Assembly (NCBI GenBank): GCA_009103225.1
Contig: RHPI01003129.1
Coordinates: 51,942-115,941, forward strand
Length of the DNA: 64,000 bases
From: Chlorokybus atmophyticus
Lineage: Eukaryota; Plantae; Mesostigma and Chlorokybus algae
Direction: 5' to 3'
Shown: piece by piece, positions 1 through 14,313 of the stretch
How positions within the stretch are numbered: the stretch's first letter is position 1
Layout: the number at the start of each line of letters is the position of its first letter
Translations under genes and position numbers: made by a program
The notes under the pieces: model-generated
Databases searched by the model: none
What the model was told of the DNA's origin: nothing
Seen by the model: the letters and a program-made list of their open reading frames with translations, nothing else

Positions 1-2798
1 ACGCAGATGTATTTCAGGATGAACTCCCAGAGTTGCCTCCCGATCGAAACATACATCATACCATTCCGTTAGAGGAGGGGGCAAAGCCACCTTGGCGGCC
101 TATATACAGGCTAAGTCCCTTAGAACACGCGGAGATGGAAAAACAGCTCAAAGAGTTATTGGACAAAGGTTTAATAACAAAGAGCATATCTCCTTTTGGT
201 GCACCAATTTTGTTTGTGCCCAAAAAGAATGGCAAGCTACGCATGTGTATTGATTACCGTGCGTTGAACAAGGTCACTGTGAAAAACAGATACCCTTTGC
301 CTCGGATTGATGATTTGTTTGATAAGCTGTCAGGTGCAACAGTGTTCAGCACGCTGGATTTGACCAGTGGTTATCATCAAATCAAAATCCACCCGTCGGA
401 TATACAAAAAACTGCATTTCGCACCCCACTAGGACACTTTGAGTATAAAGTGTTACCATTTGGGTTAACAAATGCACCGGCTACATTTCAGACAGCAATG
501 AACGCGGTATTTGCTGATGAATTGTACAAGTTTGTACTGGTATATCTAGACGACATTATTGTGTTCAGCAAAACCCGGGAGGACCACCACAAGCATGTGG
601 AATTGGTTCTAGCTAAGTTACGCGAACACAAATTCTATGCCAACCTGTCCAAATGCAACTTTGCAAAGGATGAACTACCCTTTTTAGGGCATGTGATTGG
701 CAAAGAAGGATTGAAACCAGATCCTCAGAAGGTGTGTGCGGTAAAGGATTGGCCACCACCCAAGGATGTACATCAGTTACGTGCTTTCTTGGGGCTAGCC
801 AATTATTTCCGCAAGTTCATGCGAGCATATTCTGGCATGGCAAATCCTTTAACATCTTTACTAAGAAAAGATGTTAAATTTGTGTGGACGGAGGCACACG
901 AGGTTGCTTTTACACGCATTAAAGATGCATTAACACAAGCCCCTGTGTTAGCCTTCCCCGACCACACCAAGCCTTTTGTGGTGATCAGTGATGCTTCCAC
1001 CATTGGGTGTGGGGCAGTCCTTCTACAAGATGACAGACCATGTGCATATGAAAGCAGAAAGTTCATTCCTGCTGAACGTAATTACACAACCACTGAGCAG
1101 GAATTGCTCGGGGTGGTGCACGCGCTGCGCACATGGCGTTGCTACTTGGAAGGGGTGGAGTTTTCAGTGATTACTGATCACAACCCGCTCACATTCTTTC
1201 ATACGCAACAAAATCTGTCGAGGCGGCAAGCTAGGTGGAATGAATTCATTTCTCGTTTCACTTTCACTTGGCAATACCGTCCGGGTCGCACCAATGTGGC
1301 GGATCCACTAAGTCGCAGCCCTGCTCTTTTGGCACTTACGCGCTCTCGAAGTACGCGTAATGTACAACAGCCTGAAGATCCTTTCTTAAAGGAAGTGTCC
1401 ACAGGTTATAACTCAGATGATTGGTTTAGCAGTCAAACCAACTTGCAACAGCTTACTGCTGTTAGCAATCTGTGGTATAAAGGGGAGCAGTTGGCAATTC
1501 CCAACTCGGGCGACTTGCGTAAGCAATGCTTACATTCAGTGCATGACCCGCCGTATGCTGGGCATTTGGGGAAACACAAAACACTCAAATCTGCGCAACA
1601 GTTATACTGGTGGCCGTCAATGTCAGCTGACGTGGATCAATATGTTCGCACATGTGACGTGTGTCAACGTAATAAGCCACTACGACAAAAACAAGCGGGA
1701 TTGCTTAAACCATTGGCAATTCCAGAACAAAAGTGGGATAGTGTCAGTATGGATTTGATTACTGACCTACCTGAAACAGCAGCTAAATACACTGCTATTG
1801 TGGTTTTTGTCGACCGTTTGACTAAAATGGTGCATTTTGCCCCGTGTTGCACAACTGTAAGTGCACGGGACTTGGCACACTTATTTGTGTCCACGGTCTT
1901 TCGCGTTCACGGTATACCGCGTGAACTTGTCACAGATCGTGATCCTCGTTTTGTCTCCAAGTTTTGGCGAGAAGTCTGTGAATTGTTGGGGGTAAAACAA
2001 AGCATGTCGACTGCTTTCCACCCGCAAACGGACGGTCAAACTGAGCGAGCAAATCAAATACTGGAAGAAATGCTTCGCCACTATGTGGCTCCTAATCATG
2101 CTGATTGGGACAGGTACTTGCCAATGGCAGAGTTCGCTGTGAACAACGCGTGGCAAGAAAGTGTAAAGGAAACCCCATTTTTCTTAAATTATGGGATTCG
2201 CCCAAACACACCAGCGTCATTGCGTGTACCTCGCAATGCCCTGACTGTGCCAGCGGCAAAGGAATTTGCCACTAATATGCAAGAAAATTTGGCTCGAGCC
2301 AAGCTGTGTCTGTCAGAAGCACAGGACAGGCAAAAAGCTTATGCTGATACACATCGAAAAATGGCCACTTTCGATGTCGGCGATAAAGTTTTGCTTAATG
2401 CAAAAAACATAACCATCAAAGGTACGGGTGCTCGCAAGTTGCTGCCCCGATGGTTAGGTCCTTTCTCTATCACTGATAGAGTTGGTACGCACGCTTATCG
2501 ACTGCAATTGCCCCCAAGTGTGCGTATACACAACGTGTTTCATGTAAACTTGTTGAAACCTTACCGCTCAGACGGTAGAACACAGCCTCCACCACCGCCA
2601 ATTGAGGTGGACAGCGAGCTCGAATACGAGGTGGAAGCTATATTGAACCATAAGCTAAATGGTCGAGGACGCGCAACTCGCTATTTGGTGAAATGGAAAG
2701 GGTATGGCCCGGAACATAACAGTTGGGAGCCCGACAGGCATCTTACGCACTGCCGCGAGTTGCTTCGAGCTTATTGGGATTCATGTCCTGTCCCATAA
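1..2798 (+). CDS. gypsy Pol: reverse transcriptase, RNase H, integrase, chromodomain (open at the 5' edge)
   Basis: RT motifs LRMCIDYRALN, PFGLTNAP, YLDD. RNase H motifs DAS, ERNY, TDH. Integrase HDPPYAGH...CDVCQ, SMDLI, TDRDPRF, DGQTERANQ and RWLGPF (GPY/F). Chromodomain EYEVEAIL...YLVKWKGY...SWEP. No stops or frameshifts; ends TAA at 2796-2798. Confidence 0.97.
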   Translation, partial: ADVFQDELPELPPDRNIHHTIPLEEGAKPPWRPIYRLSPLEHAEMEKQLKELLDKGLITKSISPFGAPILFVPKKNGKLRMCIDYRALNKVTVKNRYPLPRIDDLFDKLSGATVFSTLDLTSGYHQIKIHPSDIQKTAFRTPLGHFEYKVLPFGLTNAPATFQTAMNAVFADELYKFVLVYLDDIIVFSKTREDHHKHVELVLAKLREHKFYANLSKCNFAKDELPFLGHVIGKEGLKPDPQKVCAVKDWPPPKDVHQLRAFLGLANYFRKFMRAYSGMANPLTSLLRKDVKFVWTEAHEVAFTRIKDALTQAPVLAFPDHTKPFVVISDASTIGCGAVLLQDDRPCAYESRKFIPAERNYTTTEQELLGVVHALRTWRCYLEGVEFSVITDHNPLTFFHTQQNLSRRQARWNEFISRFTFTWQYRPGRTNVADPLSRSPALLALTRSRSTRNVQQPEDPFLKEVSTGYNSDDWFSSQTNLQQLTAVSNLWYKGEQLAIPNSGDLRKQCLHSVHDPPYAGHLGKHKTLKSAQQLYWWPSMSADVDQYVRTCDVCQRNKPLRQKQAGLLKPLAIPEQKWDSVSMDLITDLPETAAKYTAIVVFVDRLTKMVHFAPCCTTVSARDLAHLFVSTVFRVHGIPRELVTDRDPRFVSKFWREVCELLGVKQSMSTAFHPQTDGQTERANQILEEMLRHYVAPNHADWDRYLPMAEFAVNNAWQESVKETPFFLNYGIRPNTPASLRVPRNALTVPAAKEFATNMQENLARAKLCLSEAQDRQKAYADTHRKMATFDVGDKVLLNAKNITIKGTGARKLLPRWLGPFSITDRVGTHAYRLQLPPSVRIHNVFHVNLLKPYRSDGRTQPPPPPIEVDSELEYEVEAILNHKLNGRGRATRYLVKWKGYGPEHNSWEPDRHLTHCRELLRAYWDSCPVP

Positions 2799-2945
2799 AC
2801 TGTGGGCTTGGTTTTATGACAGACTGGCAGTGCAGTTTCATTACCACCCTGTCATTTCCTGCTATCTCACTGGTTACAATTACTCGAAATCAAGCCTGAT
2901 CAACTTGAGTTCAACGAGGACGTTGAAAACCTAAGTGGGGGGGAA

Positions 2946-3471
2946 TGTAACGGGAGCAATAATAATAGGGGTATTATTGCTACCTGAATAACACATTTGG
3001 TATGAATAAGTATTTAAATATGCTTATTTATACCTCTTTTCTACGGTTCCTCGCTTATTAAAGGCTATGATGCTTTATCATAGCTTAAATAAGTCCCAAT
3101 GGGTGTAGAACCGCTTATTCAAGCCTATTTAGTGTCACATTCGATATAATGTGATCACTATCTCGTTAGGTACCTTACGATAGGTATCTTTGGATAGGTA
3201 CCTTATCGATAGGTACCTTATCTGAGCTGTGATTGGCTCACGCTAGATTTCCTAACTACCCTATCTGTAGGGTCGATATCTAGTTGTGAGTTAATTATCG
3301 AGAGTTGTATAGTTGATATACTCTTGATATAAAAGGTCACATCAATCTGATGTGGGGACTTTCAGTTCTCTGCTCAGTGGCGGCCACGCCGTCGAAAGGC
3401 TTGTCATAGGCGGTGTGGGTGTTGGGGTAGAGGATTGAAGGGGCATCACCGGCGACGGTGGTGCTGTTACA
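2946..3471 (+). repeat. 3' LTR of the gypsy element (~526 bp)
   Basis: Starts TGTAAC directly after the PPT; the inverted terminus GTTACA ends at 3471. The right boundary is inferred because the 5' LTR is outside the window. Confidence 0.78.
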
Positions 3472-3752
3472 GCGCGTGACGCGTGGCAAAAGTCGTGACG
3501 CGCGTGATGAGTAGGGTGATAGGCAAAGTGTGACACGCGATCAGCGTGACGAGAGTGAAGGCGCAGTGGTCGTGACGTGACGTGACACGCGTGACGTGAT
3601 GGGTGTGATGGGTGTGATGAAACCGCACTTATACCATAATTATGCTCTCCTGGCACCCAAGCATGATATTCTTTTAGACGTCAAGAGATTTACCCTGCTA
3701 AGAGCAAAAGACATCGGAGGATAAGCGGTATGCTCTTAAAGGGGGTATATTG
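3472..3752. mobile_element. right half of a pogo-family MITE, split by the gypsy insertion
   Basis: Ends ...TGCTCTTAAAGGGGGTATATTG|TA, resembling the termini at 13772 and 54154. Has AAGAGC/GCTCTT subterminal motifs and GCGTGA-rich internal sequence like the MITE at 13243-13772. Confidence 0.65.
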
Positions 3753-4029
3753 TATACACTTATATAACATCCTCATCTACCTTCCCATCACACAACCCAA
3801 ATGACATTCTTGTCTTAATATGCCTTTATAAGCATATGCAACTACCTCATGCCTACAACCAGCCCACAATCTGGTATTGCCCTGCATAATGTCGTATCTT
3901 ATGACAATCGCTCTATACATGTTATAAAATAATAAAGGTGCATCACGCAAAGAGTGTTACCAATATACACACAACCATATACATATATATATATAATAAA
4001 GGTGTATTACGCAAATAGTTTTATTAATG

Positions 4030-4030
4030 T

Positions 4031-4078
<48 letters not shown>

Positions 4079-4150
4079 ATACATACATATATATATACAT
4101 ACATATATATATATATGTGTGTGTGTGTGAGCGTATGTATATGTGTGCGC
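4030..4150. repeat. (AT)n/(AC)n compound microsatellite
   Basis: Direct reading. Confidence 0.95.
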
Positions 4151-4866
4151 GGGCGCGAGTGTATATATGTATATTTCAAAAACGAATAAAAAGCCCCGCT
4201 GAAATCAGCAAAAAGCTTATTTGAAGCAGGAGTAAACCAATCATACAGGGTGAGAGCGAGCGTAAATGAGAATGCCACCAGACATAAGTGCACTATGCAG
4301 CGTAACTTGTTGAAACAGTATTGCAATAGCTGTTTCCACTCCTTGACCGCAACAATGATGCCTCAGCCTGATAAGCACAGCCATTCCACACCAGCGATGC
4401 ACAATGCGTGACGCCCACATGCTACTTTGAGGCGCTCAAAACGAGCACTTCAGGCCGTATTTCAACATTTTTCGACCTTCATAAAGCATGCAAGTTTACA
4501 TCACTGGAAAGTGCTCGGCGAGAGCTTTCCAACGCACCCGCGAGCGCCTCAAGGTGACCTCGGGAGCTCAATTTCCCCTGGACCCAAAGTGGTGAGTTAC
4601 GCTGGTCGCGTAACTCGGGGCGATTCACAACTGCAGTCACGCGCGCGTATCCGCAGCTGACGCAACTGAAGTCCCCGCGGCGACTCAAGTGCAGGCCGCA
4701 ATGGCTGGGGAAAGTAGCATGTGCCCGGTGCAAAATGGCATCAACGGCCGGGGCATTCTCTGGAGGTTGGGGCAGCGAACGCTAATCATGCGCATATCAT
4801 AGGCATATCATAGGCATCAGCACCTTCACATGCACAAGTGCGTGCCGTGTGGCACGATTCGCTTAC

Positions 4867-5446
<580 letters not shown>

Positions 5447-6162
5447 CGCTCGCGCCGCATGGGTGCGCAATGCAAGGTTTGTCGCCGTGCGTGCACCGTC
5501 ATTCATAATGCGGTGCGTGACGAGGTGTTCAACCATAAAGTTTATTGTGATGGAGTCTGGCCTCACCGTCGGTTCCAAGCAATAGAGCATCATTATAAAA
5601 CATTGCGCATCTGCGCCAAGAAGTCGCATGGCAAGTTGCAAGACTTGATGGATTCTAGCCGGAACACCGTGTCCCGGTTCGGCGAAGCGCTAGCTGCTGC
5701 TGGAAACCACCGTCACATCGTGTGGAGTTTGTACGGTGCGCAATGTGTGCAATCAAACGGCAAAACAATTAGCAACCACCTGTCATACGATTTAGATCAT
5801 GTAGTGCCAATGCATACGTGTACACCGATATGGTGGCACTACACTGTTGATCATGTTCACCAATGCACGCATCCAATCACCAACATGGTGATTGAATGCC
5901 TGCATTGTACTCACTTGTACACATACATGCAAAGGGTACAAGCAATCGTGCAACGCAGGCGAGTTGAAGCACAATATTGTGTGCCCTACTTATTGCCAGC
6001 TCCACTACACGCCAATAAATATACAAACATAACCATCATTGTATGTACACTTGTGCACAATTTGCTTTATACACAACTTCTGGCTGGAATGGCTTGCCCA
6101 CGAAAGGACACTACTCTAGCATGCGCATATGATATGGCTAGCACATGTATACTAGTTGCTAC

Positions 6163-7607
6163 TCAGTTGACGCCTTCAATATAGGCTCCAGAGCCATCCA
6201 GGACAAAGATAATAGCGTCAATGATCAATCTGCACACCGCACACCTCGCAATGGTAGCAGGGCCAGATGTCGTCTGCAGGTACTGGTGCGCGCACTCCGC
6301 ATGGTAGAGGTGCATGCAGCTCACGCGGTGGGTCTGAAGATTAAGGAAGGCAATGACACGGGCCGCGCTCTCATGCTGCTCAAAGAGCTTGTCGTGACAG
6401 ATTGGGCACACTTCGTCCAGACACGCCTTCTGCACAGACTCGGAGCTATAGAGGTCTGACGGGTGCCCCTGCATGCGCGGTGGTCATTTAGGGGTGCTTC
6501 TGTTGCACTGGAAGCATGGCGACGCTAGTGCAACAGATCAGGGTGACATACATGATGTGAATGCTGTTAACAGGCGCCTACCTCAAGTGGATGCTGCATT
6601 ACAGCTAAGCACTGCAGCCGCAGGGCGCCAGGGTTGCCACGGGCTTGTGGCAGTCCGACAAATTGTTGTCCACCGTCGGCATCATCATCGTCTCCAGCGG
6701 CCAGCAACAGCTGCTCAGTAGCATCGTAAAGAGCTTGCCGGCGGCGCCAGTTCTCCCACACCTGATCAAATTGTTAGCCTCTGCAGGAGGATGTCTGTCT
6801 AGCTCACTGCATGCACGAAAAGTTGATAAGCCATAGCTTCTACCTGCAGCGCTGCACGCGAGTACTTGTACACAGCCCAAGGAGTAGCAATGGCCGCCAA
6901 GGCAGGTGCCGCAGCGGGCATGAGGCAGCAGGCGCCGAATGCGATGGAGTACGAGACAGCACCGATGACCGCAGCATGGCTCGAGGCGCAGACAGTGTTG
7001 AAAACGGCGTCACCGGCAGACACCTGGCTTAGAGCAACGCCGTGCGCCTGGTCCAGTGCCACAATGCCACCAACCACGGCCGCGCAGCGCACGGCGGCGC
7101 CTTTCGCAAAGCCCAAGTTGCCATGATGGTGCTGTAAGTGACTTGGCCCGCCGTGCACGTGATCGCCGGTGGTGCCTGCAAGATGGTTATCGCCGAGTGT
7201 TGAGAGGCATGCATGGGGTACAGCAATCTGGTGTTAAGTGAGGCATAGCAGTTGCGGTGCTGGCAAGCGCTGACGCTCACCATGATGGTCGGCGTCAATG
7301 ACAGCATCAGTATGGCTTGTGCTGTCGTGAGTCGCAGACGGATCATGGACAGGATGGCTGCTGTCGTGCTGGTTGTCGGCGAAAGCGTGATGCGCATCGT
7401 CTCGCGTTGCATCATGATGACCAATGCTTTGGTGTGCACCTAGCAGTATGCCAGGGGGTGATGATGTGCGTGGCATCAACCGCAACAGTAGCAATGCACC
7501 AGAGCGACGGCTATTGCCATCTGCAGTGATTGGACGGACTGGTTGAGACTTGCAATTGACGGGCGACAGCACAAGCACGTGGGACGGGGGGGGGGGGGGG
7601 GGGGGGN

Positions 7608-7664
<57 letters not shown>

Positions 7665-7962
7665 TAACCTGCTAGTGTGCCGGAGGACTCAGGAGGGTTG
7701 CTGAGCATGAGGAAGTCCTGCGCCGCTGAAACGTCCACGTATAGCGGGTCCTGAGCGGCCAGAATGCAGAAGTAGACACCGCGGTCTGCATGCGCAATAG
7801 CCGGACAACCGGTGTCAGCAGCACGATGTTGCAAGTGTCAATGGCGCAACCAGATCACATCATGCAAGGAAAGAAGAGAGCACATGCTCATGATAGGCGC
7901 AACGTGCACGCACCCAGCCACCAGACGCCGCTGAGGGCCCCCAGCGCTGCGACCACCGACAT
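6163..7962 (-). CDS. His/Asp-rich, hydrophobic-module, RING-H2 protein (paralogue A, 6 exons)
   Basis: Exons 7962-7914, 7785-7669, 7439-7281, 7175-6844, 6761-6582 and 6468-6163 join with GT-AG sites and consistent phase: MSVVAALGALSGVWWL-DRGVYFCILAAQD...GHHDATRDDAHH...QVSAGDAVFNT...CPIC...CMHLYHAEC...CAVC. Same architecture as the gene at 9036-11358. Confidence 0.75.
7586..7661. repeat. poly-G tract containing one N, in intron 2 of paralogue A
   Basis: Direct reading; length unreliable because of the N at 7607. Confidence 0.9.
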
Positions 7963-9035
7963 GGCTGCTGTCGGCTAGTCGCAAGGGCAAGGAACGCGCC
8001 CGCCAGGCTGAGAATGCAGGGCGACAAGGAGTGCAACCAATGCGCGCAGCAGAGTGCTTCCTCCACACTCCTTTCTCCCTTCTCGCCGCCACTCACCATC
8101 GTATAGGCCTGTGAACTCTGCGCACGACGAAGTCCACGGAAGGTCCCAAAGCAGGCCAATTCCCGCACATGGGTCCACACTCGGGTCCGCAGTCACCCGA
8201 CTCTAAAGAAAGCCCTCCTTACAGGTCCCGCAAATGCAGCTGCTGCGTGGTAGCGGCTACCTGATGCCCGGTAAAGGCGGTACGCTATGCCCTATCAGCT
8301 CAACCAAGCAGCGCATGTCCCAGGACCGGATGCCCCTCGCCAGCATGGCGACCTACCATGGCATGATTGGCAAAGTCCCTCTGCACTGGGCGATACGGAA
8401 GCTGGCACCTTGTCAGAGCGAAGGGGGGGAAGCGCCCTCCTCAAAAGGGAGTACGGCAACACGTGTCTGGTGTGGATTGGGACGCTTAGCGACATGCCCC
8501 TAAAGGGGCGCTTGACGTGTCGCGCTACGGGCGATGCGAGAATCAGTCAGGCCCCCGTGTAGGAGTGATACCTGCAGCAACGGACGGTGCGATCAATGCG
8601 ATACACGTATTCGCCCACTCCCCCAGACGTGCGTCCGATTATATGCAACAAAGTCAGACAACAATGTCAGAGCAGCGGCTGGCTAAGCTGGCATGAATTG
8701 CCTACGTGTGACCTAGGACGTCAAGACTTATAAGCACAGAACACTTGGTGTTCAAGTGTTGTTTGTGGCGGCTTGCTGTCGGTGTTCAGTCTCCACCGCA
8801 TGAGTATCAGCCTGCCTGCTACGTTGCGGCTGGTGCATTGGTGGTAAGCGGAGGCCCAAGTGTGGGAAATCCCGTGCGTCCTGTGAGGTGAGCGCTGCGG
8901 CACCAGTGGTCCAACAATCTATGCCAGTGTGGGGTGGGAAGGGTGTGCATTCAGTTGTTGCCTCTGCATCTAGCACGCTGACGTTCTGTTGTCTGCCGCG
9001 TGTCAGCTGCTGCAACTGCCTGTCGGCCTCAGGCG

Positions 9036-11358
<2,323 letters not shown>

Positions 11359-13242
11359 GATGAGCGCGAGTCACCTCAGCTCAAGCTCATGTACATTAGC
11401 ATCCTAGGCTTTGTGTTGTGTTGGGCTCAACTTGATTTAGGTTGAGAGAAAGACAGCATGTACCAGAGAATGGTTGTTGTAAATAGAAAGGAAGCCATGG
11501 CTTGTCGCAGCGCTGTAGCTATAGTGGTAAATACATTATTTTCCCTATCATAGTTGTTGGCCTGTTCGTGCCGGTGTGTGCTGCGTATGCGTTGGTAAGT
11601 TGTGTTTTAACTGTCATGTGTTGCGTGCTGTTCACCTTGTACGTTGCGAGTGTGTTTGTGTCTGTCTTTGGTTCACTAATGCTTCTTCGACGGTTTTTAG
11701 ATATTGCATATAAAGTGATTTTATTGATGTGAAGGTCGGAAGCACCGCCTTGTTTAGCATCATCAACATCTAGCTTGAATATAGCAATGTTCAAGTTGAT
11801 ACAAAGGACTTTTGTCTCTATCATTGTCATAACAAAACCGTTACTTCCCATGCGTCTTCATGCTGAATAATTGAGTATCATCATGCATGTTGATAGTGCA
11901 AGCAACCGTGAATACTATAGCTATCAACATACATGTTGAAGTCATGTACATATCATACACTTGACTTCCTGTCATCTGTACTTATGCAATGGTATACATG
12001 CTTGTGCTCCAGTGTGTAGCACACAAGCTGACTGGCAGCTCGCCACTTGCCCCAATAATTGCGACAATACCGTTGTGGGAGGGGGCGCTTCACCTTGCAG
12101 GGCCTGTATGCAATGTATTGCATCACAATATGACAATCAGCCGTAAATACAAAGTTGCAGAGCAACTAGTCAAAATAAGCACTCATTGGTCGAGCTCGCA
12201 AGCCATGGCAACCGCACCGGGCAGCCCTCGCCCGCTTTGATTACAAACCACAATTGCATGCTACAGTTAAGAAGGTGGATACGCTGTGTGTGTACTCACG
12301 CGTGCATGCGTGCGACACAGACTTACACTAGTGCACGCCCTCACACGCGTACAAGTGTCATTGCAACGAGGTAATGCGCTGAAGTGAACACCGTCACTAC
12401 ATCAAGGTAGTAACATCCTCTATGTGATGGCAATTGGGCTCAACACATAACATGCATATGAGTAGCGCGATAGATATGTGGTCATTACATTGAGGGTATG
12501 CTGCAACTTGGTTGTTGTAAAAGTTGACCATATGAATGTTTGCATTGATTGCAACAATATGGCCCGCACAATTACTATATGATATGCTCAACATATACGT
12601 TGATGGTCTAAATGTTACTTGCTCGCTACGCGATTTGTACCGTTTCGTGTGGTGTGCAATGTGAGAGTGCTTTGTTCGTGTGTGTTGTGTTGCATAATGT
12701 GTACAATGTATGCAATAGTATGTGATTTCTGATGATTGAGTAACACCACCAGCTACTACAATACAATAGTTAGCGGCCAATTCATTTGGGTAACACCTAC
12801 ACTTGAATTTATATATGCAGTACAGTTTCGGTGGAAACTTCATGTTTGTAGGAAGTTTTGAGTTTACAAGTAATGGTTCATAAAACTCAAAAGCCTAACG
12901 AGTGGAAGAAGCTTGGTTTCACATAGACTAATTAGCAAAGTTAAGAGGAAGGAGAACCTAGCAGTGTAGCCAGAAGAGGAAGGAGGTCACGTCTGCACCG
13001 GATGCCTTTCTAGCGGGTGCATGCTATGTGGCGCGTCCAGTGAGGCTGATAGCGTCCGTGCCCCAGCTGGCAGCTCCTATCAATCCGTCCGCAGTGCCCG
13101 TCATGACTGTTTGTCCTCCGGATGTAAGAGGTAAGAAAGCTGGAGGTTGTGCCTCTACCTCGCAGCTGCAGCACTCCGTTGCGACACGCACATTTCCATG
13201 ACGCAAGCGTGCCTGCCGACTGATGGTTACCACAACTAGGTA

Positions 13243-13772
13243 CAGTCTTACCCCGTTAAGAGACTTCGCTCCAAGAGCATAACCCCGCTTATAGCATAGG
13301 AATTGAGGTGACCAAATGTATTAGGGGCAAATACTGGTAGCTAAGAGAATATGCTGAACCACGAAGAGCATATCATATTTGATGGAAATTTTGATGAAAG
13401 TTTCAGTTAGCGTATGCCAAGTATCGGGGGAGGTGCGTGTGACGAGCAGCGCGTGATGCGCGCAGGGCGTGAAGGGCGTGATGGGCGCGAAGGGCATATC
13501 ATCACTGCATCACACATGTAATATTTGAGTTTGATCAGTTTTATATGTGCTTTTACATGCTATTCAAGTGAGCAGTTGATAAAACATGCATTGGCCAACT
13601 CAATAACTCACAAAGTTGAATAAATTCATGTTTTTGCTGCAACCGCGTAAATAGCATAAATAAGCTCTTGATAACTAAGAGCATGTTATCCTCTTAAATG
13701 CCAAGAGCATAACCTCGCCAAGAGCATACGATTGCTGGGGACAAGCAGTATGCTCTTAGCAAGGGTAGATTG
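13243..13772. mobile_element. pogo/Tc1-mariner-type MITE, 530 bp
   Basis: TA|CAGTCTTACCCCGTTAAGAG ... CTCTTAGCAAGGGTAGATTG|TA: imperfect TIRs, TA target duplication, no ORF, repeated AAGAGCAT motifs. Confidence 0.85.
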
Positions 13773-14313
13773 TACGTGGCCCAATAGCATGCATCAGCAA
13801 CCTAGTAGGATGATTCTCACGAGCCCCTATCCCTAAGGGCATCAAACTCTACTCTATGTGCCAACTGCTTGACGATGAAGTAGCCCTAGGCGTTTGCCGA
13901 CCACTGCCAGATGGCACTGGCAACCTGGAGGCGGTAACATTGTACGTGTGCAACCCTCGCTTTGCTGCCAGTGCGTGAGATGCTGTGAGCTGATACTGAT
14001 GTAGTAGGGAACAACATCCATAGGTCGTTGTTTACCTCAACTGGTTGATGCAGGTGCAGTCAGCGGTAAATCAACGGGGTGCACCACGTAGGTTGGGATT
14101 GAGAACTAGCGACCACCTGTTAGCAACCATTGCACGCGGGGCAGAAGCAGCGTCCCACACACTGGCAAGTTAAGCGCGTTACGTGACCTTAACATTCAAT
14201 ACACCACAAGCAACGTTGCAAGTGCAAGCTGCGGCATCACCTTGTTTGAGGCATTAAGACTCTTTCATGTTCGCATGCCTGTTCTGGAATGCTGCAGATA
14301 GAATGTTTTTCTC

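Larger units (their letters stand above)
1..3471 (+). mobile_element. Ty3/gypsy chromovirus LTR retrotransposon, 3' part (5' end outside the window)
   Basis: Uninterrupted pol ORF, then a polypurine tract (AAGTGGGGGGGAA, 2933-2945), then a TG...CA-bounded LTR. Confidence 0.96.

Noticed and set aside
4506-4531. Imperfect hairpin GGAAAGTGCTCGGCGAGAGCTTTCC as a possible Helitron or other transposon end
   Set aside because: No adjacent CTRR terminus or partner end identified.
8234-8562. Overlapping short ORFs in the spacer between the RING genes
   Set aside because: GC-rich sequence open in several frames with no recognisable product; treated as promoter/spacer.
11502-12843. Hydrophobic 76-aa ORF and neighbouring 110-148-aa ORFs
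   Set aside because: Low-complexity GT/AT-rich sequence readily yields such frames; no family features.
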